Positions 37,691-46,189 of a DNA stretch of 64,000 nucleotides are shown in pieces. A program made the translations under genes and the position numbers. The stretch is from Candidatus Uhrbacteria bacterium (GTDB lineage Bacteria; Patescibacteriota; Patescibacteriia; UBA9934; GWF2-40-263). The notes under the pieces are model-generated. The model saw only the letters and a program-made list of their open reading frames with translations. It was not told the DNA's origin and ran no database searches. The stretch is taken from positions 12,439 through 76,438 of the forward strand of contig JBAXQK010000003.1 of assembly GCA_037131775.1 (NCBI GenBank), given 5' to 3'. Numbering within the stretch: the stretch's first letter is position 1; every line of letters begins with the position of its first letter.

Positions 37691-39436
37691 TCAGAGCCTC
37701 CAGTAGGCGAATGAGAACGGGTTCGTAATCTTCTGAGGCAGCGTCGGCACCAGCACGGCGCCGTCCGAGTTCGTCCAGGTAAACGCGGGAACGGCGCTCA
37801 TGACGACGCGCTTGGAATACAGGTCGTTCGCGTTCTCCGCGATCGAATACATGAGCGTGTCCTTGCTGAGCGGGTTCATCTGCGCCTCCAGGAACGACTG
37901 CGGGGTTGTCGGCGCCGGAGCCAGGGCGACGTCCGCCTGGAGGGTGAAGACTCCTGCGACCCCCGTGTACCAGTCGACGTTCGTCGTCGCGTTGTCGCCG
38001 TAGATGACGATCGAACGCGTGGTCGCCCCGTTGATCAGCCAGCCCGTCGAGACGATCTTGCCGCCCGCGACCGGCGTATTGCAGCTCGTGTCGACGTTCG
38101 CGGTATCCGTCCATGCCGCCCCGCTCCAATATCCGGCCTGCATGTCGCTTCCCGCGTTCCCGACCGAGGCGAAAACCATTTCGTCCGTGTTCGGATTCGC
38201 GGAGAGGTCGAGGTTCGTGGCGTCGTCGGCAAAGGTCGGGGGCGTCGTCACCGCTCCCCACGCGCACGCCGACGTCCCGCCGGTGCAAACGCGATACCGC
38301 ACGCCGTTCGATCCGTTCGAGCCGGCCGAGTTCGCCCAGACCATCATCACGTCGCCGGAAACGGACTCGTACTCAACGTCGAAGTCCTCCACGTCCTGCG
38401 CCGCCGCCACGATTTCAAGCGATGCCTCCGACACGGCCGCGGGCTCGTTCCCCCACGCGGTCCCGCTCCAGACCATTGCCGACAAATCGGATGCCGCGTC
38501 GGCCCAGATGGCCGTGATCAGGTTCTGCGCGGAACGCCGGTCCCAGGCGAGCTTTACCCATTGGACGACTCCGGACGTCCGTACGGGATCGAGGTTGGCC
38601 GCGGCGGCCCAATTTGCCGTCCCGCATCCCGACGTCCCGAGCTTCGTGCGGTACGCCATCTCGTTCGTCGTCGCCGCGTTCGTGGAATACAGCACCATCA
38701 CGTCCCCCGAGCTTGTCTCGTACGCGATATCAAATCGTCGCGTCGTCCCCGTTCCGCCCACCGTGACGCTCCACTCCTGCGTCCATGTCGCGCCGTCGTA
38801 GCACATCACGTTCAGCACTCCCGCCGCGGTCACGTACCCGGTGATTGCCTCGGTCTTCTGCGGCGAGGTCCGCGTGACGAACGTCACGCCGCTCGACCCG
38901 ACGACCGTCGCCGTCTGCGTTCCGAAGGAGTTGGCCGTCGTGTCGTATTTGCGGTACTTCGGCGTGGTCGTTCCGTCGCCGTAGGACATGAGACCGCCGA
39001 GCGTCGTCGTTACCGCGTTCCAGTCCGCAAAATACGTGACGAGCGACACCGAGCGCGTCTGCCCGGTCGGCTCCTTCCAGGAGACCGTGCTCGTGTCCGA
39101 CTTCTTCGTCGCGTCCACGACGGCGATCGTCTGCGTCCGCGTATAGATTCCCGTGGTGTCCGACGCGCCCGATAGGTTCCATTGGTTTCCCGTCGTGGTC
39201 AGCCCGTACGTTCCCGCCGACAGGTTGGAATAGGCCGCGTCGCGGATATTCTGCGTCGCCTCCAATCCTTCCTCGGCCAGGAACACGGCCTGGCTCTTTC
39301 GTCCGGCCTCCTTCGACATCCGCACCCCGAACAGCAGACCGCCCGCGCAGGACGCCACGAACAGCCCCGCGAGCGCGGTGGCGAGAATGATCTCCACGAC
39401 GGAGAAGCCGGCTCGGTTTGGACACGAGTCTCTCAT
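37691..39436 (-). CDS. Giant type IV prepilin-like protein (581 aa; leader ...NRAG|FSVVE), candidate tip adhesin/minor pilin
   Basis: Prepilin N-terminus followed by ~540-aa Thr/Gly/Ala/Trp-rich beta-type domain with scattered Cys pairs. Confidence 0.78.
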   Translation of the reverse strand: MRDSCPNRAGFSVVEIILATALAGLFVASCAGGLLFGVRMSKEAGRKSQAVFLAEEGLEATQNIRDAAYSNLSAGTYGLTTTGNQWNLSGASDTTGIYTRTQTIAVVDATKKSDTSTVSWKEPTGQTRSVSLVTYFADWNAVTTTLGGLMSYGDGTTTPKYRKYDTTANSFGTQTATVVGSSGVTFVTRTSPQKTEAITGYVTAAGVLNVMCYDGATWTQEWSVTVGGTGTTRRFDIAYETSSGDVMVLYSTNAATTNEMAYRTKLGTSGCGTANWAAAANLDPVRTSGVVQWVKLAWDRRSAQNLITAIWADAASDLSAMVWSGTAWGNEPAAVSEASLEIVAAAQDVEDFDVEYESVSGDVMMVWANSAGSNGSNGVRYRVCTGGTSACAWGAVTTPPTFADDATNLDLSANPNTDEMVFASVGNAGSDMQAGYWSGAAWTDTANVDTSCNTPVAGGKIVSTGWLINGATTRSIVIYGDNATTNVDWYTGVAGVFTLQADVALAPAPTTPQSFLEAQMNPLSKDTLMYSIAENANDLYSKRVVMSAVPAFTWTNSDGAVLVPTLPQKITNPFSFAYWRL

Positions 39437-39437
39437 A

Positions 39438-39893
39438 TTAAAAATCCACCCTTCCGAACCCGTTGACCGCGACCGCCTTCGACGTGCCGCGCGAATCCGT
39501 GATCGTCAGGGTTCCCGAGGTCGTTCTCCCGGTGCGCTTCGCAAAGTCGAACTCGCTCGTTCCAGAGACGACGAAGCTTGCCGGGATCGACACGGCCTGG
39601 TCGTACGTCGCCGTCCGCGTCGCGTACGTCGCCCCCTGGAACAGGATGACCTGTCCCGTCGACACCTTCACGCCCCACGCCGCGTCGTATAGGCCCGCCT
39701 GGGAACGCATCTGCGCGTACCGCGCCGTCGAGGCGAACTCACGGACGGCCGCGTCGAGATTGCCGCGCTGGAGGTATGTCTGCCCGAGCGGGAAGGTCGC
39801 GCCAACGAAGATGCCGGCGAGCGCAATAACGAAGATCATCTCCAGCAGCGTGAAGCCTTTTGGTCTGCGAATAACGTATGAGCTGCCAATCAC
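39438..39893 (-). CDS. Type IV prepilin-like protein (leader ...RRPKG|FTLLE)
   Basis: GFTLLEMIFVIALAGIF motif; 151 aa. Confidence 0.82.
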   Translation of the reverse strand: MIGSSYVIRRPKGFTLLEMIFVIALAGIFVGATFPLGQTYLQRGNLDAAVREFASTARYAQMRSQAGLYDAAWGVKVSTGQVILFQGATYATRTATYDQAVSIPASFVVSGTSEFDFAKRTGRTTSGTLTITDSRGTSKAVAVNGFGRVDF

Positions 39894-39920
39894 ACAAATT
39901 GCTTCGTATCGCTACGAATG

Positions 39921-41000
39921 TTACTCGATGCCTCCAACGAGGGTGTAGATGGGAAGGACGACGGCGAGGGCAAGGAACAGGACGCCGACGCCCATGACGA
40001 GGAGGAGAAGCGGCTCGAGAATGACGGTGAGGTTCTTCGAGGCCACGTCGGCCTTGAACTCGTACAGCTCGCCGATGCTGAGAAAGGCCTGCGGCACGGT
40101 ACCGGACTGCGCCGCGGTAACGATGAGCTGCTGCATCGGGATGGAAAGGACCGAACTGGTCCGCTTGTAGGAGCGGAACGCCTGCTCAAACGTGCTTCCC
40201 TCCTCCAGCCGGTCGGCGAGGTATTCGAAGAACTTCGAAAACGACGCGAACGTTGACGCGCGCGCGACGGAACGGACGGACTCGATCAGGTCGACGCCGG
40301 CGCCGAGAAGGGTGCCCAGCAGGTACCCGACGCGGCCGGTTTCCGAATCAATCAGCAGGCGCCCGATCGCCGGGGTGCGAAGCAGGAAGAAATGACCGAT
40401 GAACCGCAGCGGCGGTATGACGAAGCCGACCAGAAGGACGACGGCTGCCGTCCCCAGGATGGACGGGACCAGAACGGTCCAGTGGTCGCGCGTAAACGAA
40501 CCGACGGAGATGAGCGCGCTCGTCACGAACGGCAACGGCATGTTCAGCGACGAGAAGGTGGTGGCAAGCTGCGGAAGGAGAAAAAACAGCACCCAGGATC
40601 CGACGGCCGCCCCGAGGATGATCACGAACGAGGGATAGGCCATGGCCCCGATGATCTTGGATCGGAACATGCGGTCCTTCTGCCGCTGGAGAGCGAGGAT
40701 GTGCAGGTTCTGGATGAGCCGGCCGGTCTCCTCGCCGATGCGGACGAGCGAGACGGTCTGGCTCGTGAACAGGCACGTGTTGTCCAGGGCGCGCCACACC
40801 GGGTCCCCGTTCTCCACGTCCTCGACCATCCGTCGCACGAGCTTCCGGAGTCGCCGACTCTTCGTCTCCGCGGAGATGGCATTCAGCGCGGCCAGGATGT
40901 CCATGCCGGAACTCAACAAAACCGAAAGATTGTCCACGAGATATTCCTTCTCGCTTCCAAGGCCGAACGTGTGAAAAAAGGATGCCTTCTTTTTCGGCAT
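39921..41000 (-). CDS. pilC: Type IV pilus assembly platform protein PilC (GspF family)
   Basis: 359 aa; duplicated GspF domains with 3 TM segments. Confidence 0.88.
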   Translation of the reverse strand: MPKKKASFFHTFGLGSEKEYLVDNLSVLLSSGMDILAALNAISAETKSRRLRKLVRRMVEDVENGDPVWRALDNTCLFTSQTVSLVRIGEETGRLIQNLHILALQRQKDRMFRSKIIGAMAYPSFVIILGAAVGSWVLFFLLPQLATTFSSLNMPLPFVTSALISVGSFTRDHWTVLVPSILGTAAVVLLVGFVIPPLRFIGHFFLLRTPAIGRLLIDSETGRVGYLLGTLLGAGVDLIESVRSVARASTFASFSKFFEYLADRLEEGSTFEQAFRSYKRTSSVLSIPMQQLIVTAAQSGTVPQAFLSIGELYEFKADVASKNLTVILEPLLLLVMGVGVLFLALAVVLPIYTLVGGIE

Positions 41001-41004
41001 AGGA

Positions 41005-42702
41005 TTAGGACGCTTCGGGCGGCGCGACGACGCGAAGCAGCTCGTCGATGGTGATCACGCCATTGATCACCTTGTCGACGCCGTCAAGGAACATCGGCCT
41101 GGTTCCGGACGCGACCGCGGAGGCCATCACGTCCTTGGCGCTCGGCCGGCGCATCACGAGGTCGCGCAGTTCCGGCGTGGCCTGAATGAACTCGAACACG
41201 CCGATGCGCCCCTTGTATCCGGAATTCGCGCAGGCGGAACATCCCTTGCCCTGGTAAAGCGTCACCGTGGCCCCCGGAAAGTACTTCGCCGCGTCGGGAT
41301 ACTTCTCCGCGAGCTGCGCCTGGCTCATTTCCGTGCCATAGCGGCAGGTCTCGCACGTCTTGCGGGCTAGGCGCTGGGCCACGATCAGCTCGACGGTAGA
41401 TGACAGCAGGAACGGCTCCACGCCCATGTCCACCAGGCGCGGAATGGCCGAGGCGGCGTCGTTGGCATGGAAGGTCGTGAGCAGCATGTGGCCGGTCAGC
41501 GCGGCGTTGACCGCGATCTCGGCGGTCTCCTGGTCGCGTACCTCTCCCACGAGGATGATGTCCGGGTCCTGGCGCACGATGGACCGAAGGCCCTTGGAAA
41601 AGGTCAGGTTGGTCTGGAGGTTCACCTGGATGTGGTTCACGCCCATGATCTTGTACTCGACCGGGTCCTCGATGGTGGAAATGTTCACGTCGGGGCGGTT
41701 CAAGAACTTCACGGCCGCGTACAGCGTCGTGGTCTTTCCCGATCCGGTCGGCCCGATCACGAGGATCATCCCGAACGGCTTCTCCGCCGAGGCGGTGAGC
41801 TGTCGCTGCAGCGCCGGCGAAAGACCGAGGTCCGTGAGCTGATATCCGCGCATGTACTCCGACAGGAGGCGCATGACGATCTTCTCGCCGTCCACGAGCG
41901 GAACGACGGAGACGCGAACGTCCACGACCTGGTTGGCGAGATGGTAACGGATGGCCCCGTCCTGCGCCGAATAGTGCTCGTCGGTTCGGAGATGCGCCTG
42001 CACCTTGACGCGGTTCAGAACGTTTTCGTACAGCTCCTTGCTCAGGCGGCCGGCCTCCTCGAGCAGGCCGTCCACGCGGAACCGGATCAGCACGTCCTTC
42101 TCGCGCGGCTCGAAATGGATGTCGGACGCGCGAAACGTGACCGCGTCGAGCATGATCTCGTCCACCACTTCCGGGGCCACCTTTCCCTTCTCCGCCACGA
42201 TCTTCGCGAAGCGCGTATCCAATGCCTTGCGGTAGTGCGCGAACGCCGCCTCCAGGTCTTCCGGAAGCGTATATGCCAGATTGACGGTCTTTCCTGGGAA
42301 ATGCGAGCGAAAATCGTCCGTCATCTCAATCTGCGGGCGGTCGGTCGCGATGATCACCTCCGTCGGCGCGTCGCGAAAAATCACGCGCCGGTCGCGACGC
42401 GCGAACTCCTCCGGGATGCGCAGCACCTCCTCCTTGGTGGGAGGGTGCGAATTGAGGTCGGCGTACGGAACGCCGTAGTGCTCGGCGATCGCCTGGCCGA
42501 ACAGGTCCTTGGTGATGATGCCCGACGAGAAGAGCGCGTCGAGCGAATCGGCGCTCGTCGCCTTTGCCTCCGCTTCCACCTTCGCGAGCGCGTCGGCGGT
42601 CAGGTAGCTCTCCTCGACGAGAATTTCCTGCCACGTCTTTTGAGGCGCCGGCGCCGCGGCGGGGACGACCTCATTTTTTTTCCTCCTCAGTAACATATGC
42701 AT
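41005..42702 (-). CDS. pilB: Type IV pilus assembly ATPase PilB (GspE family)
   Basis: Walker A GPTGSGKTTTLYA, Asp box, His box, tetracysteine CETCRYG...CSAC. Confidence 0.92.
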   Translation of the reverse strand: MHMLLRRKKNEVVPAAAPAPQKTWQEILVEESYLTADALAKVEAEAKATSADSLDALFSSGIITKDLFGQAIAEHYGVPYADLNSHPPTKEEVLRIPEEFARRDRRVIFRDAPTEVIIATDRPQIEMTDDFRSHFPGKTVNLAYTLPEDLEAAFAHYRKALDTRFAKIVAEKGKVAPEVVDEIMLDAVTFRASDIHFEPREKDVLIRFRVDGLLEEAGRLSKELYENVLNRVKVQAHLRTDEHYSAQDGAIRYHLANQVVDVRVSVVPLVDGEKIVMRLLSEYMRGYQLTDLGLSPALQRQLTASAEKPFGMILVIGPTGSGKTTTLYAAVKFLNRPDVNISTIEDPVEYKIMGVNHIQVNLQTNLTFSKGLRSIVRQDPDIILVGEVRDQETAEIAVNAALTGHMLLTTFHANDAASAIPRLVDMGVEPFLLSSTVELIVAQRLARKTCETCRYGTEMSQAQLAEKYPDAAKYFPGATVTLYQGKGCSACANSGYKGRIGVFEFIQATPELRDLVMRRPSAKDVMASAVASGTRPMFLDGVDKVINGVITIDELLRVVAPPEAS

Positions 42703-42703
42703 T

Positions 42704-42714
42704 CAGTATAGCAC
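42704..42714 (-). promoter_or_regulatory. Extended -10 element GTGCTATACTG on the minus strand, 2 nt from the pilB ATG (leaderless-type arrangement)
   Basis: Part of an 11-bp inverted repeat with the pilA promoter element at 42757-42767. Confidence 0.4.
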
Positions 42715-42756
42715 ACCGCGCCTTATCCACACGAGCTTCGTTCTGCGATTTGACGT

Positions 42757-42767
42757 TCCGTGCTATA
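42757..42767 (+). promoter_or_regulatory. Extended -10 element GTGCTATACTG for pilA (with TTGACG upstream)
   Basis: About 30 nt upstream of the pilA ATG; same motif recurs at 43748, 45869, 47307 and 14056 on the minus strand. Confidence 0.45.
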
Positions 42768-42797
42768 CTGGAACCAATAATTTATAAATCGTAACGT

Positions 42798-43286
42798 ATG
42801 CAAAAGAAAAATACGCAGGGCTTCACGCTCATCGAGCTTCTCATCGTCATCGCGATCATCGCGATCCTCGCCGCCGTCGTCTTCGTCGCCCTCGACCCGA
42901 GCAGCCGCTTCAAGAAGGCACGCGACGCCCGCCGCCAGACCGACGTGCAAAGCATCGCCGGCGCCATCGTCACCTACCAGGTGGATAACGACGGAAGCCT
43001 TCCGTCCGCCGTCAGCGCCCTGACCGCCGGAAGCGCGTACATCGTGGGAACGGCCACCTCCGGCTGCAACACCGGCTGTACGGCCACCACGACACAGGCG
43101 TCCTGCGTGGACCTTACCGCGCTCCAGACCGGCGGCTACCTGGGCAGCGTTCCGGTCGATCCGACGGGCGGAGTAACGGCCACCGCCGCGCACACCATGT
43201 ACTACATCATCAAGAATTCCACCGGAACCCTGACCGCCGGAGCCTGCATCCCGGAACTCGCCTCCTCGGTCAACGTTACGCGCTAA
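42798..43286 (+). CDS. pilA: Type IV major pilin (PilA-like; leader MQKKNTQG|FTLIELLIVIAIIAILAA)
   Basis: Canonical prepilin N-terminus; 162 aa; C-terminal Cys pair. Confidence 0.88.
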   Translation: MQKKNTQGFTLIELLIVIAIIAILAAVVFVALDPSSRFKKARDARRQTDVQSIAGAIVTYQVDNDGSLPSAVSALTAGSAYIVGTATSGCNTGCTATTTQASCVDLTALQTGGYLGSVPVDPTGGVTATAAHTMYYIIKNSTGTLTAGACIPELASSVNVTR

Positions 43287-43296
43287 GCAGGAAAAC

Positions 43297-43335
43297 AAAA
43301 ACTCCCGGCCTCGATCATCGAGGCCGGGAGTTTTA
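43297..43335. terminator. Bidirectional rho-independent terminator (actcccggcctcga-tca-tcgaggccgggagt)
   Basis: 14-bp stem flanked by A5 and T4; between convergent pilA and the receiver gene. Confidence 0.65.
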
Positions 43336-43341
43336 TGTTCC

Positions 43342-43725
43342 CTAGGGATTTTCCGCGAGGACTTCCTTGACCATGTTCGCCAGGTCGTCGATGGAAATCT
43401 CCGTCTTGATCAGGAACTTGGTCGCCCCGAGCTTTTCGCACTGCACGCGGTCCTCGTCCTGGCCGAGGTTGGTCATGACCACGATCGGCACGCCCGCGAG
43501 CGACTTTTCCTTCGCGGCCTTGCGGAGGAATTCCAGACCGTCCATTCCCGGCATGATGATGTCGAGCAGGATCAGGTCCGGCATCTGCTCGCGGATCCGA
43601 ACGAATGCCTCCTTCCCGTCCGAGGCCGACGCGACGTCGTACCCCTCCGAGAGCAGCTTGGCCTGGTAGATCGCCTGGATATCGACGTTGTCCTCGGTGA
43701 TAAGGATGTGCGCTTTTGTTGGCAT
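43342..43725 (-). CDS. Stand-alone response regulator receiver
   Basis: MPTKAHILITEDNVDIQAIY...LLDIIMPGMDG...; ORF-track N-extension rejected. Confidence 0.82.
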   Translation of the reverse strand: MPTKAHILITEDNVDIQAIYQAKLLSEGYDVASASDGKEAFVRIREQMPDLILLDIIMPGMDGLEFLRKAAKEKSLAGVPIVVMTNLGQDEDRVQCEKLGATKFLIKTEISIDDLANMVKEVLAENP

Positions 43726-43747
43726 AGGATGATGAGATATCGGATCC

Positions 43748-43758
43748 AGTATAGCACA
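43748..43758 (-). promoter_or_regulatory. Extended -10 element TGTGCTATACT (minus strand) about 23 nt upstream of the receiver ATG
   Basis: Same motif as the pilA/pilB promoters. Confidence 0.4.
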
Positions 43759-43772
43759 GATTCGCAAAGACG

Positions 43773-44771
43773 TTAGTGGGATACGGCGGAGATGGTCACG
43801 GAACCCGTGCAGGTTCCGGAGACGCCTGAGTCCGGGATGGAAATATTCCAATAGATAGGCTCGGACGGAACGGTCGCGCCATGGCGGTATCCGACGCCCA
43901 GAGGAACGATGGACGGAACGGCGGTCAGCGAAACCGATCCGGAACCTCCGTAATGGTTCGGCACGACGGACCACTGCTGGCGTCTGCTCGGGACGGCGCC
44001 GATCCCGCCGTTATGGACGCAATCCATGGTTCCTCCATACCCGGGCGCCCCGGGCGCCGTCGAGTACGAAACTTCCGCGTCCGATTCGTCGTTCCCCTCC
44101 TGGGAGATGACATGGGCGAACTCATTCGTTTCGTCGGTGGATTCTCCGACCGAAAGGATTCCATAGTTGACGGAGTTGGGAACATGAAGCGCCAAGAGCG
44201 TCTGGATCTCGCGAGTAAGCGACGCGTTTGTCGCCTGCGCGCCCGCGCGGTCGAAGACGGTGACGCTTGCGACCCAGTGATCGTCTGGAAACTCACCGCC
44301 GGCAACCGTACTGTCCGCGAAGTACCAAAGGTCCAGCGGACAGCTGTACCGACGCTGCAGACTCGTTACACCGTCCGATGACAGCTCGCAATCAAAGACC
44401 TTGTAACAGTCATTCCCGTCATTTTCGACGCAACCGCCCGCGCCGGCGACGCCGGACCGGTAAAATACCGAGTCCACATGATCGATCTGGTCGCCCGAGT
44501 TGTTATCCTGAACGACGCCGTTCAGGTAAACGGTCTTCGTGCCGCCAGGCACGAGACTATTGATCCCACCGGAATATTCTTCCGATCCAAACGCGGAATT
44601 GCTGAGGCGGACGGAGGAAACGAACGGGGGCGCGTTTGCAAGAAGGATCGACGTGCCGACTGTTTGAGCCTCGGAATCCGTTTGGACGAGCAGCAATGCC
44701 GCCAGACCGCAAAGAACGAGAATGGCAGAGCCGAAAGCGACGGTGCGAAACGGAAAGATGTTCGGGCTCAT
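43773..44771 (-). CDS. Secreted Cys-containing protein, paralog family member 2 (ends GTCTGSVTISAVSH)
   Basis: Signal peptide; family blocks TKTVYLNG, FYRSG, CxxxxxDC, YSCPLDLWYFADS, NYGILSVG. Confidence 0.72.
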   Translation of the reverse strand: MSPNIFPFRTVAFGSAILVLCGLAALLLVQTDSEAQTVGTSILLANAPPFVSSVRLSNSAFGSEEYSGGINSLVPGGTKTVYLNGVVQDNNSGDQIDHVDSVFYRSGVAGAGGCVENDGNDCYKVFDCELSSDGVTSLQRRYSCPLDLWYFADSTVAGGEFPDDHWVASVTVFDRAGAQATNASLTREIQTLLALHVPNSVNYGILSVGESTDETNEFAHVISQEGNDESDAEVSYSTAPGAPGYGGTMDCVHNGGIGAVPSRRQQWSVVPNHYGGSGSVSLTAVPSIVPLGVGYRHGATVPSEPIYWNISIPDSGVSGTCTGSVTISAVSH

Positions 44772-44789
44772 ACGGGAAGGCGATTCAAT

Positions 44790-45836
44790 CTAACGGCTTG
44801 TCTTTGCAATGATCGTAACTGTCCCGGAACACGCGCCCGCCACGCCAGAAGTCGGAACCCGCACTTCGTTCCGCAGCACGACCGCCTTTGGCGACGACGG
44901 ATCGGTCTGCAGCGGAACATTCAGTTCCGCGACATGGGTGACGGACGATCCTTCGTCGACGTAGGCCTCCATCCCGATTCCGTCAAACCCTGCGTCCGTC
45001 GATTCCCCGTCGACGCCAACGCCGAACTGAAGGTTCGACACGGGAACGATCCCCGTGTCGCAGGACATGTCCGTCGCATAGACGTACGCATCCTGCGTAT
45101 CGTTCGCGGCCTGTCCGACAAGGATGTCCTCCGTGCCCACGGAAGTGTCGCCCTCGTATCCAAGCGACCTGGAACCGTAGTCGATGGATGACGGCATGCT
45201 CAGGCCGAGGAAGGCGTTGATCTCCTTGTCCAGATGCGCGACCGCGGATCCGGCGCCGTCCGCGTCCAGCGCGAGAACCTCCCATTTCCAAACGTACCCG
45301 TTCACCGTCGCGCTCGGTCCGCCGGCCGTATAGCTCGCAAATGCTCGCAGGTCGATCTGACACTCATACACGACGGTAAGGCCGGAAGGATCCGACGCAT
45401 CCCGCTCGAACACGCACTCCGGAACCATTCCGTCGGATGACGCCCAATAACAGACATGTTCCGTACCCGTGCACCGCGAGACGACCGGACGCGCATACGA
45501 GATGGGATCTCGGTCGCTTCTTCGCGCCTGCGCGTAAATTTTTTGAACGTCCTCCCATCCGTTCGCGTCGGAAATTCTTCCGTTCAGATAGACCGTAAGG
45601 CCAACGCCCGGAACGATGGTGTCAATGTTCCCGGCAAAGTCGTCGGAAAGCGAAAATCCCGAATCGAGGCTGATGTGCTCCTCCGTCACGACCGGCGCCG
45701 CGTTGACGAGCCACATCAGCATGTCGACGGTTTCGGCCTCTGAGGAAACCACCCGGACGACGGATGTGAGGACGCAAACAAGCGCCACCCACAGGACGAT
45801 CCCAAAAAAAACGCGTGACTGCTCTTCGTTCGGCAT
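44790..45836 (-). CDS. Secreted Cys-containing protein, paralog family member 3 (ends GACSGTVTIIAKTSR)
   Basis: Signal peptide; family blocks LTVYLNG, YECQIDLRAFASY, DYGSRSLG. Confidence 0.72.
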   Translation of the reverse strand: MPNEEQSRVFFGIVLWVALVCVLTSVVRVVSSEAETVDMLMWLVNAAPVVTEEHISLDSGFSLSDDFAGNIDTIVPGVGLTVYLNGRISDANGWEDVQKIYAQARRSDRDPISYARPVVSRCTGTEHVCYWASSDGMVPECVFERDASDPSGLTVVYECQIDLRAFASYTAGGPSATVNGYVWKWEVLALDADGAGSAVAHLDKEINAFLGLSMPSSIDYGSRSLGYEGDTSVGTEDILVGQAANDTQDAYVYATDMSCDTGIVPVSNLQFGVGVDGESTDAGFDGIGMEAYVDEGSSVTHVAELNVPLQTDPSSPKAVVLRNEVRVPTSGVAGACSGTVTIIAKTSR

Positions 45837-45868
45837 GCCTGTGATAGATCAGGGTTCCGTTTCGGATA

Positions 45869-45879
45869 GTATAGCACAA
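45869..45879 (-). promoter_or_regulatory. Extended -10 element TGTGCTATACT (minus strand) upstream of paralog 3
   Basis: Motif recurrence; about 33 nt before the ATG at 45836. Confidence 0.4.
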
Positions 45880-45912
45880 AAAGCCGCCGAGCTTGCGCGC
45901 GGCGGCTTTTTG
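45878..45912. terminator. Bidirectional terminator (gccgccg-agcttgcgcg-cggcggc with A5/T5 flanks)
   Basis: Follows the 45926..46165 gene on the minus strand. Confidence 0.55.
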
Positions 45913-45925
45913 TCAGGCCCTTTGC

Positions 45926-46165
45926 CTACTTCACGTTGACCTTCATGTCGACGTTGTCCTGGACGATCTCCAGCTTCGTGCCGACCCCGGAGTTTGGCGG
46001 CAGCGGAGTGGCAGCGTCAACGGTCTTTGAGGTTCCGGAGGATGCGGACGCGGAGATGGCGGGAGCGGGCGAAACGGACGACTTCTTTGTCGAAAGTCCG
46101 ACGAAGGTCATCGCGCTCGCAAGCGTGATCGCAACCGCCAGTCCAGCCAGTAGTTTCATGTTCAT
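45926..46165 (-). CDS. Small secreted protein (79 aa, signal peptide)
   Basis: MNMKLLAGLAVAITLASAMTFVGL...; sits between paralogs 3 and 4. Confidence 0.5.
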   Translation of the reverse strand: MNMKLLAGLAVAITLASAMTFVGLSTKKSSVSPAPAISASASSGTSKTVDAATPLPPNSGVGTKLEIVQDNVDMKVNVK

Positions 46166-46189
46166 AGGAACAGGCTTAGACGGCTTTGA

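Noticed and set aside
42798-43286. Alternative upstream starts for pilin genes, and longer ORF-track N-extensions of murG, pyrG, the receiver at 43342, the 22147 fusion protein and others
   Set aside because: Conserved N-terminal motifs (MKILFAGGG, MPKYIFV, MPTKAHIL, prepilin G|F cleavage sites) fix the starts at internal Met codons; the extensions are low-complexity
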